This document shows, in pieces, positions 29,306-38,800 of a stretch of 64,000 nt of DNA (position 1 is its first letter; the number at the start of each line of letters is the position of its first letter). A program made the position numbers and the translations under genes. This DNA is from Eubacteriaceae bacterium. GTDB taxonomy: Bacteria > Bacillota > Clostridia > Oscillospirales > Acutalibacteraceae. The stretch is from the NCBI GenBank assembly GCA_021770095.1, contig JAETRQ010000004.1, positions 30,998 to 94,997 of the forward strand, in the 5' to 3' direction. A model generated the notes under the pieces. The model saw only the letters and a program-made list of their open reading frames with translations. It was not told where the DNA came from and ran no database searches.

Positions 29306-29847
29306 ATGAAAAAAGACAAATTCTTTGGAGTGATTTGCACATTGATTTTGACGATTGGAAAGATGATTTACAATCTGAATATCCAAATTACAGCGAGAAT
29401 GAATTGATTGATTTGATGTATGATACCAATTCAGATTATCTTAATGATTTACGGGATAATCTGAATATGCAGCTTTCACAGCCAATTATTATTATCGGTG
29501 ATATAGGCAGATGGAACGGCAGAGTAAGCGGATATAAAATAATTCATTCAGGTAATCTGAAAGATTGTTTTTATACCGAATGTGATTATGCAGAATGGTA
29601 TGTTGATAAACTCGGTGATTTGAGATGTGAAGCAGCACATCATGACGGCAATAATTATTATCTTTATCGTGTATTCAAAGATAATGTAACGGAAGAACAG
29701 ATAGAAAACTTGAAATCAAAACTATACTACGGAAAAGCAACAAGGGCAGATATTACACGAGTAACGAAAAGACTTGGTGATGATATTGCAAAGGTATATA
29801 ACATCACTATTCCGAGACAAAGAATTAACGCAATTGCAGAAAGGTAA
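29302..29847 (+). CDS. hypothetical ICE protein (acidic N-terminus)
   Basis: 181-aa ORF that overlaps the upstream stop. Confidence 0.6.
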   Translation: MNEKRQILWSDLHIDFDDWKDDLQSEYPNYSENELIDLMYDTNSDYLNDLRDNLNMQLSQPIIIIGDIGRWNGRVSGYKIIHSGNLKDCFYTECDYAEWYVDKLGDLRCEAAHHDGNNYYLYRVFKDNVTEEQIENLKSKLYYGKATRADITRVTKRLGDDIAKVYNITIPRQRINAIAER

Positions 29848-29853
29848 GATTGT

Positions 29854-30108
29854 ATGAAAGTAAGAATGACAATAGAATTTGAGATGAATCATTCTGTTTC
29901 TGATGAGCCTGAAACAAAGATGAGCAAACAGGAATTAATCAGTGGACTTATCATCAGAAACAGTGATGAAATAGACGGATTTGAACTGACAACTAATTTT
30001 TGTGGTTATGATAACAGCAGTGATTTTTTTATTGTTCCTGATTCACATAAAATAATATCTGCAAAGTGTATAGATAAATCAATCAAAAATATGGATTATG
30101 AAAGGTAA
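29854..30108 (+). CDS. hypothetical protein
   Basis: 84-aa ORF, tightly packed with its neighbours. Confidence 0.5.
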   Translation: MKVRMTIEFEMNHSVSDEPETKMSKQELISGLIIRNSDEIDGFELTTNFCGYDNSSDFFIVPDSHKIISAKCIDKSIKNMDYER

Positions 30109-30113
30109 AATAA

Positions 30114-33100
30114 ATGCCATCAAAATTTGAATTAATTACCGATATATATAAGCAAATCAGTAATGAGGTTGTTCGTTCGCCATATAACTGGCAGAACTTT
30201 TTATCATCCGTATGTCATAATTACCGCCTGCGTTTTGATGAACAGTTGCTTGTATATGCACAAAGACCTGATGCAACCGCTGTTTTGGAAACTGTAAAAT
30301 GGAATAATAAATTTTACAGATGGGTAAATCGTGGAGCAAAAGGCATTGCCGTATTTTCCGAAAGCCGTAATCTGAAATATTATTTTGATATTTCCGATAC
30401 GCACGAAACAAAAAGAGCAAAGCCGGTTCCTGTGTGGCAGTATAATGAAGAATACGAATCTGAAGTAATTGAAACACTTGAAAATTCCTTTGGTGAGCTT
30501 GAAAATAAAGATACTCTATACAATGCCGTTATGTCTGCTGCCGATAATGTTGTTGAAGATAATATATCGGATTATCAGTCTGATTTGTTAATGCTCACAA
30601 AAGACAGTTTTCTTGAAGAACTTGATAACGATATTGTTTCATCACTGTATAAGAATACTGTTAAAAACAGTGTTGCATTTATGCTGCTTTCAAGACTTGG
30701 TATTGATACAGATGAATATTTCAGCAGAGAAGATTTCAAAGATATTGTGAATTTCAATACACCTGATACGCTTAATTCAATCGGCTATGCCACAAGTGAT
30801 ATATCGGAAACCGTGCTTTATGAGATTTCAAAAACAATAAAAGCTCTTGAAAAGGAAAATCGCATAATTGCAGAAAACGCCCACTCTGATTATACTAAAG
30901 CCGTAAATAAAAATATTGAAAGGAGTGCAGATTATGACAGAACTCACTTACAGAACGGAAAACGGCTATCAGATACCCAATATCGTTATGCTAAGTCAGA
31001 AAAATTTGACCTTGAGCTTATATGGGCAGACGAGGAGGAAATTCCTCAAGGAAAATCACAGAGTGATGTACTACAGCCTGATGACATCAGGCAAACTGAA
31101 CAGTCATCTGTCGGAAATCGACCGGAGAGCGAAAGCAATGGAAGAAAAGTTGATGATACAGATGTCCGAGCAGGAAGGTCTGACGGAACAGATGAAAGCC
31201 GACAATCAGATAGCTTGGGTACAGGCAATGAACAATCTGAAAAACCGAGTACAGGAAATCGTGATGACAGAAGTGATTTACAGTCTGTAACAGATGAAAT
31301 ACCGCCGCTGACTGATGATAACCTTGTTCTTGGTATTATCAAGAATACAGATGATGACTTAACTGTATCAAAATCGGATATTTTAGAATATTTCAAATAT
31401 CATTCTGATGTAAATGACAGAACAAATTTCATAATGCAGGCTTACCCTGATGAATATAGGGAATTTGATGTTGACAATATCCGTGTCGGATATAAGCCTG
31501 AAAAAGACGGACTCCTCTTGTGGAAAGGTGCATACCTTTCAAGAACAGAGGAGTCCTTCTTTACTTGGAATATTGTTTCTGAAATCACTGAACAGCTTAT
31601 TGACAGCGGTGAATATGTAACCGAAGATAAGAAAAATAATGAGCCTTTACAGTTTAGTATTTTTGATTTCAGTGACAGCTTACCACAGCAGGAAATTGCA
31701 GAAATCAAAGTTGATGAAAAAACACCGCTTGAAATCAGAAGTGATTTATACAGAGAATATCTGAAAAAGAAAGCAGAATATCCCGATGATATTCTGCTCT
31801 ATCAACACGGAGATTTCTATAATGTTTATGGTGACGATGCAACGAAAACACACGATATTGTTACATTCATAATGACTGATGTCACTATGGATAATGGAGA
31901 AACAATACCGATTTACAGTATTCCGAAAACACAGTCTAAAGTATATATTGACAGACTTGTTGATAACGGCTTTTCCGTTGCAATATCAGACGAAGAAAAC
32001 GGAATAAGGCACGATACAGTTCATTCAAATGAAAATATTGAGAAGCCTTCCACCTCACCTATTTGGGATGAATACAGAGATATTAAACGGATATATAAAG
32101 ACGATATTATTCTGTATCAGGTCGGTGATTTCTTTGAAGTAATGGGTGATGATGCAAAGACCGTTGCAGATAAATTTGACCTTGTATTGACAGGCAGAGA
32201 TGTCGGATATTCCGACAGAATTGCAATGTGCGGTTTCCCTGTCAGAAGCAAAGAAAAATATATCAAAGGGCTTAATGAACTCGGATACGCTGTTGTGGTA
32301 TCTTCACTTGATAATGGTGTAAGGCGAGAAGATTCCTATTTGCCTGATAAGAAACCGACAGACAAAATGCCTGTCGGTGTTATTGATTATCTTGCCAATG
32401 ACGGAACAATCGGATACAGCAGAGAGTTCTATGATGAAAAAGAATTTGTTGAAGAGATTAACGATAACAGTTATTCAGGTGTTCCGACTTCGGTAAAAGT
32501 ATATAACAATCCTGATACGGATGAACACATTTCAACATCATTTTTGAATGACCTCGATCCGCCGATGAATCATTTTGAAATTGCTGAATATGAGCAGCCT
32601 GCGAAAGATGAAACCGAAACCACAGAGCCTGAACAATCAGAGGATAAGGATAAACCTTTAACTGCACCTCAGACACAGCCTAAAGCAAGGGTGCAGACCT
32701 TTGATTTGCACCCTGAAATTCCGCTGTCCGAAAGACACAATTATAACTTTCGTGATAAGGAAATTGAAACTGTCGGCAAAAAAGAGCGTTTCCGCAGGAA
32801 TATGGCAGCTATCAAGGTGCTGAAAGATTGTGAATTTGAAAACCGCTTTGCCACTCCTGAAGAACAGGAAATCCTATCGGGATATGTTGGTTGGGGCGGT
32901 ATACCCGAAGCCTTTGATGAAAACAATGAAGCGTGGGCAGATGAATTTATTGAACTTTATGAAACATTAAGTCCTGATGAATACAAGACAGCAATGGACA
33001 GTGTATTGACTGCCTTTTATACACCTCAGTCCGTTATTTCTGCAATATACAAAGTGCTTGATAATCTCGGCTTTAAACAAGGCAACATCCTTGAGCCTTC

Positions 33101-36100
33101 CTGTGCTATCGGTAACTTTATCGGTATGCTGCCTGACAGTATGAAAGACAGTAAAATGTACGGTGTTGAGATTGACAGCATATCGGCAGGCATTGCACAG
33201 CAGCTTTATCAGACTTCATCCATTATGACATCACCTTTTGAAAATGCAGAAATGCCCGACAGCTTTTTTGATGCAGTAGTCGGCAATGTGCCTTTTGGAG
33301 ATTTAAGGATAACAGACAAAAGGTATGATAAAAACAAATTCCTTATACACGATTACTTCTTTGCGAAATCACTTGATAAGTTAAGACCGGGCGGAATTAT
33401 GTGCCTTGTAACAAGCAAGGGTACAATGGATAAGGAAAACGCCGCAGTCAGAAAATATATTGCTCAAAGAGCCGACTTGCTCGGTGCTGTCAGACTGCCC
33501 GATAACACCTTTAAAGGCAATGCAGGCACAGAGGTAACATCCGATATTCTGATACTGCAAAAGCGTGACAGAATGGTTGACATTGAGCCTGATTGGGTAC
33601 AGCTTGATACTGATGAGAACGGTATCAGAATGAACAAATATTTTGCCACACATCCTGATATGGTGCTCGGTGAAATGGTTATGGAGTCTGGCAGATTCGG
33701 TGAAGATAGTACCTGTAAAGCAAGTGAAACGGAAAGTCTTGAAACTCTGCTTGATAAGGCAGTATCAAATATCAAAGGCGAAATCACCGATTACTATATT
33801 GATGATGCAATCGGTGAGGAGGAAGAAGAATATATCCCTGCCGATCCTGATGTGCGCAACTTTTCCTTTACAGTGGTTGACGATAAAGTATATTACCGTG
33901 AAAATTCACTGATGAGAGCAGTCAACACGAATATGACTGCCGAAAACCGAATTAAAGGTATGGTCGCAATCCGTGATTGTCTGCGTAATCTGATTGAAAT
34001 GCAGACGAAAGATTTTTCGGATTTTGAAATACAGAAAGAACAGGAAAAACTCAATTCTCTTTATGATAATTTCACTAAGAAATACGGTCTGATAAACAGC
34101 AGAGGTAACACATCGGTATTTTGCGATGACAGTTCGTATTATCTGTTATGTTCCCTTGAAATCATCAAGGAAGGTAAACTTGAACGCAAAGCGGATATAT
34201 TTACAAAAAGAACAATTCAGCCGCATATTGCCAAAACGCATGCTGATACTTCAACCGAAGCTCTCGGTATTTGTATCGGTGAAAAAGCAAAGGTTGATAT
34301 GGACTTTATGTGTCAGCTCACAGGCAGAACCGAAGAGCAGATATATGAAGATTTAAAGGGTGTAATTTTTCTCAATCCGATGTATAAATACGGCAGCGGA
34401 AACAAGGATAAGTATCTCACTGCCGATGAATATTTATCAGGCAATGTCCGTGAAAAACTTGATTTTGCAAAGCGTTCTGCAAAACTCTATCCTGACGATT
34501 ATACCGTCAATGTGGAAGCTCTTGAAAAGGTACAGCCCGTTGACTTAACGGCTGCCGAAATCGGCGTACAGCTTGGCGCAAACTGGATACCGATTAAGTA
34601 TATTGAACAGTTTATGTTTGAACTGCTTGAAACACCTGTCAGAAGTCAGTGGAATATTAAAGTAAACTATTTGGAATACACAGGCGAATGGAATGTTGAG
34701 GGTAAATCAAGTGACAGAGGAAATCTGAATGCCACAAGCACCTACGGAACAGACAGAATGAACGCCTACCGAATCATTGAAACTACACTCAATATGCGTG
34801 ATGTTCGTGTGTTTGATTATGTTGAAGATGTTGAGGGTAAGCGAAAAGCAGTTCTCAATCAGCGAGAAACAGCAGCTGCACAGCAAAAACAAAAAATCAT
34901 TAAACAGAAGTTCAAAGAATGGATATGGTCTGATCCCGAACGCAGAGATGAACTCTGCAAATTGTATAATGAAAAGTTTAATTCAATCAGACCGAGAGAA
35001 TACGACGGAAAGCATATTGTTTTCGGCGGAATGAATCCCGAAATAACGCTTACCACACATCAGCGAAATGCGGCAGCAAGGGCAATATACGGCGGTAACA
35101 CTCTTCTTGCTCACTGCGTAGGTGCAGGAAAAACCTTTGAAATGACTGCAATAGCACAGGAATCAAAGCGGCTTGGATTATGCAACAAGTCGCTTTTTGT
35201 TGTGCCGAATCACCTCATATCTCAATGGGCAAGCGAATATCTTACGCTTTATCCTACGGCAAATATACTCGTTGCCACGAAAAAGGATTTTGAGAAAAGA
35301 AACAGAAAAAAGTTCTGTGCAAAGATTGCTACAGGTGATTATGATGCGGTTATCATCGGTCATTCTCAGTTTGAAAAAATACCTGTCAGTATTCAAAGAC
35401 AGATTGCCTGTCTTGAAAATCAGATTAAAGAAATCACGACAGGAATTGCAGTATTAAAAGCGGATAAGGGCGAAAATTTCACTGTTAAACAGCTTGTTGC
35501 AACAAGAAAAAAACTTGAGGAAAAACTGAAAAGGCTGAATGACCAAAGCCGAAAAGATGATGTTGTAACCTTTGAAGAACTCGGTGTTGACAGACTGTTT
35601 GTTGACGAAAGTCATTATTACAAAAACCTTTTCACATACTCTAAAATGCGGAATGTAGGCGGCATTTCACAGGTTGATGCACAGAAATCAAGTGACCTTT
35701 TTATGAAGTGCCAATATCTTGATGAGCTTACGGGAAGTAAGGGTGTTATCTTTGCCACAGGAACGCCGATCAGTAATTCTATGGTTGAACTCTTTACGGT
35801 TCAGCGTTATCTGCAATATGAATTATTGCGAAAGCAAAACCTGTTGTTTTTTGATGCGTGGGCAGCAAATTACGGTGAAACGGTAAACTCTATTGAACTT
35901 AAACCCGAAGGCACAGGCTACAGGGCTAAGACACGATTTGCAAAGTTTAATAATCTGCCTGAACTTATGGCAATGTTCAAGGAATGTGCAGATATACAAA
36001 CCGCCGATATGCTCAAACTTCCTGTTCCGAAAGCAAACTATCATAACATTTCCGTAAAGCCGTCAGAGATTCAGACGGAAATGGTTGAGAACCTTGCAGA

Positions 36101-37523
36101 CAGAGCAGAAACAATCAGATCCGGAGCTGTTGATGCCAATGTTGACAACATGCTCAAGGTAACAAATGACGGCAGAAAGTTAGCACTTGACCAAAGACTT
36201 ATCAATCCTATGCTGCCTGATTTTGAGGACAGTAAAGTTAATATCTGCACGAATAATGTATTTGAAATATGGGAAAAAACTGCTGATAAAAAATCAACAC
36301 AGCTATTATTCTGCGACCTGTCTACACCGAAAAAAGACGGCACTTTTTCTGTTTATAATGACATCTACGATAAGCTGATTGCAAAAGGCATTCCGCCTGA
36401 AGAAATTGCTTTTATACACGATGCAGATACAGACAAAAAGAAAGCTGATTTATTTGCAAAGGTAAGAAGCGGAGATGTTCGTGTACTGCTTGGCTCAACG
36501 CAGAAAATGGGTGCAGGAACTAATGTGCAGGACAAGTTAATTGCAATACACAATCTTGACTGTCCGTGGCGGCCAAGTGATTTGGAACAGCGTGCAGGAA
36601 GAATTGTAAGGCGAGGAAATGAAAACAAAGAGGTTGAGATTTACCGCTATGTTACAGAGGGTACTTTTGACGCATATCTCTATCAGCTTGTTGAAACAAA
36701 GCAAAAATTTATAAGTCAGATTATGACAGGTAAATCCCCTGTTCGTTCAATGGAGGATGCTGATGATTCAGCTCTTTCCTATGCCGAAGTTAAGATGCTC
36801 GCAACAGGCAATCCGATGTTCAAGGAAAAAATGGACTTGGAAATTCAGTTGCAGTTACTCACAATGCTCAAGACAAGTTATTTATCTGAAAAATACAGTT
36901 TGGAAGATAAAATCAACAAGAAATTCCCCAATGAGATTGCTAAATACAAAGAAGAAATATCAGGCCTTGAAAAGGATATGCAAACCGCAAAAGAGCATCC
37001 GAAAACTATGGGTGATAAGTTCGCCGGAATTAAAATCGGTGATGAATTTTTCTCTGAAAAGGAACAGGCAGGCAATGCAATTATTAATCAGTGCAAAGCT
37101 ATTGAGAACAGCAATGAACTGCATCATATTGGTGAGTACAGAGGATTTGAGCTATATATAACCTATGAAAAATTCAAACATAGATTTGAGTTTTATTTAA
37201 AGGGAGAAATCAGTCATTCAGGCACAGTCGGTATAGATGCCATAGGCAACATTACAAGGCTTGACAATGCTATTGAAGGAATAGAAAAACGCAAAACAGC
37301 TTGTGAAAATGCCCTTGCCGAAACAGAAAAGCAGCTTGAAACTGCAAAGAATAATGCTGCCAAACCCTTTGAACAGGAGGAAGAATTGCAGAGTATGCAG
37401 AACAGACTGAATGAGATTAATATTGAACTTAATCTCAATGATAAGAGTATGGAAGTATTTGATGCCGAGCCTGATGAAATAGATACACCGCAGAAATCAA
37501 GAGAACAAGTTGCTGTGCGATAA
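30114..37523 (+). CDS. giant polyvalent protein: ArdC-like N-terminal domain, disordered linker, two MutS-I-like domains, N6-adenine DNA methyltransferase, SNF2-family helicase and a coiled-coil tail
   Basis: 2469 aa.
- ArdC-like N-terminus: LLVYAQRPDATAV...GAKGIAVF.
- MutS domain I-like, twice: DDILLYQHGDFYNVYGDDA (~31785) and DDIILYQVGDFFEVMGDDA (~32100).
- Methyltransferase motif I ILEPSCAIGNF (~33090) and motif IV VGNVPFG (~33285).
- Helicase motifs GAGKTFEM (~35125), VDESHYYKN (~35600) and QRAGRIVRRGN (~36590). Confidence 0.9.
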   Translation: MPSKFELITDIYKQISNEVVRSPYNWQNFLSSVCHNYRLRFDEQLLVYAQRPDATAVLETVKWNNKFYRWVNRGAKGIAVFSESRNLKYYFDISDTHETKRAKPVPVWQYNEEYESEVIETLENSFGELENKDTLYNAVMSAADNVVEDNISDYQSDLLMLTKDSFLEELDNDIVSSLYKNTVKNSVAFMLLSRLGIDTDEYFSREDFKDIVNFNTPDTLNSIGYATSDISETVLYEISKTIKALEKENRIIAENAHSDYTKAVNKNIERSADYDRTHLQNGKRLSDTQYRYAKSEKFDLELIWADEEEIPQGKSQSDVLQPDDIRQTEQSSVGNRPESESNGRKVDDTDVRAGRSDGTDESRQSDSLGTGNEQSEKPSTGNRDDRSDLQSVTDEIPPLTDDNLVLGIIKNTDDDLTVSKSDILEYFKYHSDVNDRTNFIMQAYPDEYREFDVDNIRVGYKPEKDGLLLWKGAYLSRTEESFFTWNIVSEITEQLIDSGEYVTEDKKNNEPLQFSIFDFSDSLPQQEIAEIKVDEKTPLEIRSDLYREYLKKKAEYPDDILLYQHGDFYNVYGDDATKTHDIVTFIMTDVTMDNGETIPIYSIPKTQSKVYIDRLVDNGFSVAISDEENGIRHDTVHSNENIEKPSTSPIWDEYRDIKRIYKDDIILYQVGDFFEVMGDDAKTVADKFDLVLTGRDVGYSDRIAMCGFPVRSKEKYIKGLNELGYAVVVSSLDNGVRREDSYLPDKKPTDKMPVGVIDYLANDGTIGYSREFYDEKEFVEEINDNSYSGVPTSVKVYNNPDTDEHISTSFLNDLDPPMNHFEIAEYEQPAKDETETTEPEQSEDKDKPLTAPQTQPKARVQTFDLHPEIPLSERHNYNFRDKEIETVGKKERFRRNMAAIKVLKDCEFENRFATPEEQEILSGYVGWGGIPEAFDENNEAWADEFIELYETLSPDEYKTAMDSVLTAFYTPQSVISAIYKVLDNLGFKQGNILEPSCAIGNFIGMLPDSMKDSKMYGVEIDSISAGIAQQLYQTSSIMTSPFENAEMPDSFFDAVVGNVPFGDLRITDKRYDKNKFLIHDYFFAKSLDKLRPGGIMCLVTSKGTMDKENAAVRKYIAQRADLLGAVRLPDNTFKGNAGTEVTSDILILQKRDRMVDIEPDWVQLDTDENGIRMNKYFATHPDMVLGEMVMESGRFGEDSTCKASETESLETLLDKAVSNIKGEITDYYIDDAIGEEEEEYIPADPDVRNFSFTVVDDKVYYRENSLMRAVNTNMTAENRIKGMVAIRDCLRNLIEMQTKDFSDFEIQKEQEKLNSLYDNFTKKYGLINSRGNTSVFCDDSSYYLLCSLEIIKEGKLERKADIFTKRTIQPHIAKTHADTSTEALGICIGEKAKVDMDFMCQLTGRTEEQIYEDLKGVIFLNPMYKYGSGNKDKYLTADEYLSGNVREKLDFAKRSAKLYPDDYTVNVEALEKVQPVDLTAAEIGVQLGANWIPIKYIEQFMFELLETPVRSQWNIKVNYLEYTGEWNVEGKSSDRGNLNATSTYGTDRMNAYRIIETTLNMRDVRVFDYVEDVEGKRKAVLNQRETAAAQQKQKIIKQKFKEWIWSDPERRDELCKLYNEKFNSIRPREYDGKHIVFGGMNPEITLTTHQRNAAARAIYGGNTLLAHCVGAGKTFEMTAIAQESKRLGLCNKSLFVVPNHLISQWASEYLTLYPTANILVATKKDFEKRNRKKFCAKIATGDYDAVIIGHSQFEKIPVSIQRQIACLENQIKEITTGIAVLKADKGENFTVKQLVATRKKLEEKLKRLNDQSRKDDVVTFEELGVDRLFVDESHYYKNLFTYSKMRNVGGISQVDAQKSSDLFMKCQYLDELTGSKGVIFATGTPISNSMVELFTVQRYLQYELLRKQNLLFFDAWAANYGETVNSIELKPEGTGYRAKTRFAKFNNLPELMAMFKECADIQTADMLKLPVPKANYHNISVKPSEIQTEMVENLADRAETIRSGAVDANVDNMLKVTNDGRKLALDQRLINPMLPDFEDSKVNICTNNVFEIWEKTADKKSTQLLFCDLSTPKKDGTFSVYNDIYDKLIAKGIPPEEIAFIHDADTDKKKADLFAKVRSGDVRVLLGSTQKMGAGTNVQDKLIAIHNLDCPWRPSDLEQRAGRIVRRGNENKEVEIYRYVTEGTFDAYLYQLVETKQKFISQIMTGKSPVRSMEDADDSALSYAEVKMLATGNPMFKEKMDLEIQLQLLTMLKTSYLSEKYSLEDKINKKFPNEIAKYKEEISGLEKDMQTAKEHPKTMGDKFAGIKIGDEFFSEKEQAGNAIINQCKAIENSNELHHIGEYRGFELYITYEKFKHRFEFYLKGEISHSGTVGIDAIGNITRLDNAIEGIEKRKTACENALAETEKQLETAKNNAAKPFEQEEELQSMQNRLNEINIELNLNDKSMEVFDAEPDEIDTPQKSREQVAVR
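30934..31290 (+). CDS. tnpV: TnpV-like protein gene nested in the +1 frame of the polyvalent-protein ORF
   Basis: It has its own RBS AGGAG (30921-30925) 8 nt before ATG 30934. The 118-aa translation ...YGQTRRKFLKENHRVMYYSLMTSGKLNSHLSEIDRRAKAMEEKLMIQMSEQEGLTEQMKADNQIAWVQAMNNLKNRVQEIVMTEVIYSL matches the TnpV family pattern as I remember it. Confidence 0.55.
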   Translation: MTELTYRTENGYQIPNIVMLSQKNLTLSLYGQTRRKFLKENHRVMYYSLMTSGKLNSHLSEIDRRAKAMEEKLMIQMSEQEGLTEQMKADNQIAWVQAMNNLKNRVQEIVMTEVIYSL

Positions 37524-37524
37524 T

Positions 37525-37561
37525 AAAAAATAGTAGTGGGTATAGACTCACTACTATTTTT
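37525..37561. terminator. bidirectional terminator between the polyvalent gene and the antisense TM gene
   Basis: Stem ATAGTAGTG/CACTACTAT with a 10-nt loop, flanked by an A-run upstream and a T-run downstream. Confidence 0.7.
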
Positions 37562-37572
37562 GTTAATTATAG

Positions 37573-38145
37573 TTAATGCACAAAAATTCTCCATATAACA
37601 AGACATAACGCACTTATTCCGCCGATAGAAAAGATTGCACACTCTATTAATACTGCAATATTAAACAAAGCAAATTTTCTGTATGCTACGTTTGATAAAT
37701 CAATAATTTGACTTGACAGTTGATAGTCTACTGATTTTTTATCTGCATTACTATTATTGTTGAACACATTAGTATAAATATCTTTTAAATATTCACGTGG
37801 ATCTGAATAGTTTGTACTTATATATGAATAAAACATATATTTATTTTGTTTTTTTTCAATTATATGTTTGCTTTTATAATAATTAACTATCTTATTTGTT
37901 ATCCCTTTATCAGAACCTGTGGCTGCTATAAATGAAGAAATAGATAATGACAATGGTATTATTAATGATAAAGTTACTAATGCGATTAAAACTCTCCATA
38001 AAAAAGCAATATTTGCATCAAATACTTTGCTTGAGCAAGCACTAATCAATGCACTATTAAGTGTTACTAACGCGGCATTTTTGGCTTCTGAAAATTTAAT
38101 ATTGTCATTAATTTCAGAATAAGTTTTGGTTAAAAATTCGTTCAT
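37573..38145 (-). CDS. 190-aa three-TM protein resembling Pycsar-TM/SLATT-type membrane effectors
   Basis: Antisense to the ICE backbone and AT-rich. The N-terminus INDNIKFSEAKNAALVTLNSALI is followed by 2 TM helices, a ~70-aa soluble segment and a C-terminal TM helix. The family resemblance is from memory only. Confidence 0.5.
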   Translation of the reverse strand: MNEFLTKTYSEINDNIKFSEAKNAALVTLNSALISACSSKVFDANIAFLWRVLIALVTLSLIIPLSLSISSFIAATGSDKGITNKIVNYYKSKHIIEKKQNKYMFYSYISTNYSDPREYLKDIYTNVFNNNSNADKKSVDYQLSSQIIDLSNVAYRKFALFNIAVLIECAIFSIGGISALCLVIWRIFVH

Positions 38146-38349
38146 AATAAATACTCCTTTGTACTATATTGTTTAAATTTATTTTGACTTCCTACTATCA
38201 TAATTTCTTATTTTAGTCAATACAATTTGCAAAATTGCACATTTTTTCTGCAAAAATGTATATCAATTGCAAAAAATTACCTTCTAATATATAAGTGTGT
38301 AAAATCAGAAAAAGTAACATAAATTCTTAAAATTATTTTATTTTTACAT

Positions 38350-38386
38350 AAGCCGATTGGTTTGTGTAAATCAGTCGGCTTTTTCT
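38350..38386 (+). terminator. terminator-like hairpin just upstream of the DUF3848-like gene
   Basis: Stem AGCCGATTG/CAGTCGGCT followed by TTTTTC. Confidence 0.45.
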
Positions 38387-38399
38387 GTTTTGAAGGGAG

Positions 38400-38771
38400 G
38401 TGATGAATATAGATAAAACAGAATATTACAACGATAAGTTGTATAAGAAAATGCAGGCAGAACTTGACAGTTTTATTGCTGATTGGAAATCAAAACCGTC
38501 AGCGGATACGGTTGAATTAGCCTATGAGCTGACATATAAGGAAGAAATACTGAACAGCTTTAACTTTGATTGGGAAGGCAGAACGCCTGTTCCTACCCCA
38601 CAGGCAAAGGCTTTGCTTGCTATGAAATATCCTCTTGACTATCTCTATCAGGAATGGATAGATTATGATGATTCGCCCCTTGATATGCTGCGTGACAGCA
38701 ATAATCTTGCGATTGAAAAAGCGATAAATCATATGAAATCACGAACAGATATTGATATGGAAAGAGGATAA
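38400..38771 (+). CDS. DUF3848-like protein
   Basis: 123 aa. ...AYELTYKEEIL...QAKALLAMKYPLDYLYQEWIDYDDSPLDMLRD matches my memory of DUF3848, which is common in Firmicutes ICEs. Confidence 0.55.
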   Translation: MMNIDKTEYYNDKLYKKMQAELDSFIADWKSKPSADTVELAYELTYKEEILNSFNFDWEGRTPVPTPQAKALLAMKYPLDYLYQEWIDYDDSPLDMLRDSNNLAIEKAINHMKSRTDIDMERG

Positions 38772-38800
38772 TTTTATGTGTAAAACGAGGAGGAATTGTT

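Noticed and set aside
36757-37161. 134-aa alternate-frame ORF inside the polyvalent gene, together with others at 33643-33912, 34777-35034 and 35173-45457-type positions
   Set aside because: The translations are Cys/Arg/Lys-rich nonsense, with no SD and no family resemblance.
37214-37642. 142-aa minus-strand ORF overlapping the end of the polyvalent gene and the terminator
   Set aside because: It runs through the bidirectional terminator and its translation is low complexity. The adjacent 37573-38145 ORF is the credible minus-strand gene.
20275-38145. Treating the cyclase-like gene (20275-21855) and the TM effector-like gene (37573-38145) as one split Pycsar-like system
   Set aside because: They are 16 kb apart, on opposite strands and in separate transcription units, and the cyclase-like protein has its own extra domains. 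The link is only speculative, so they are reported separately.
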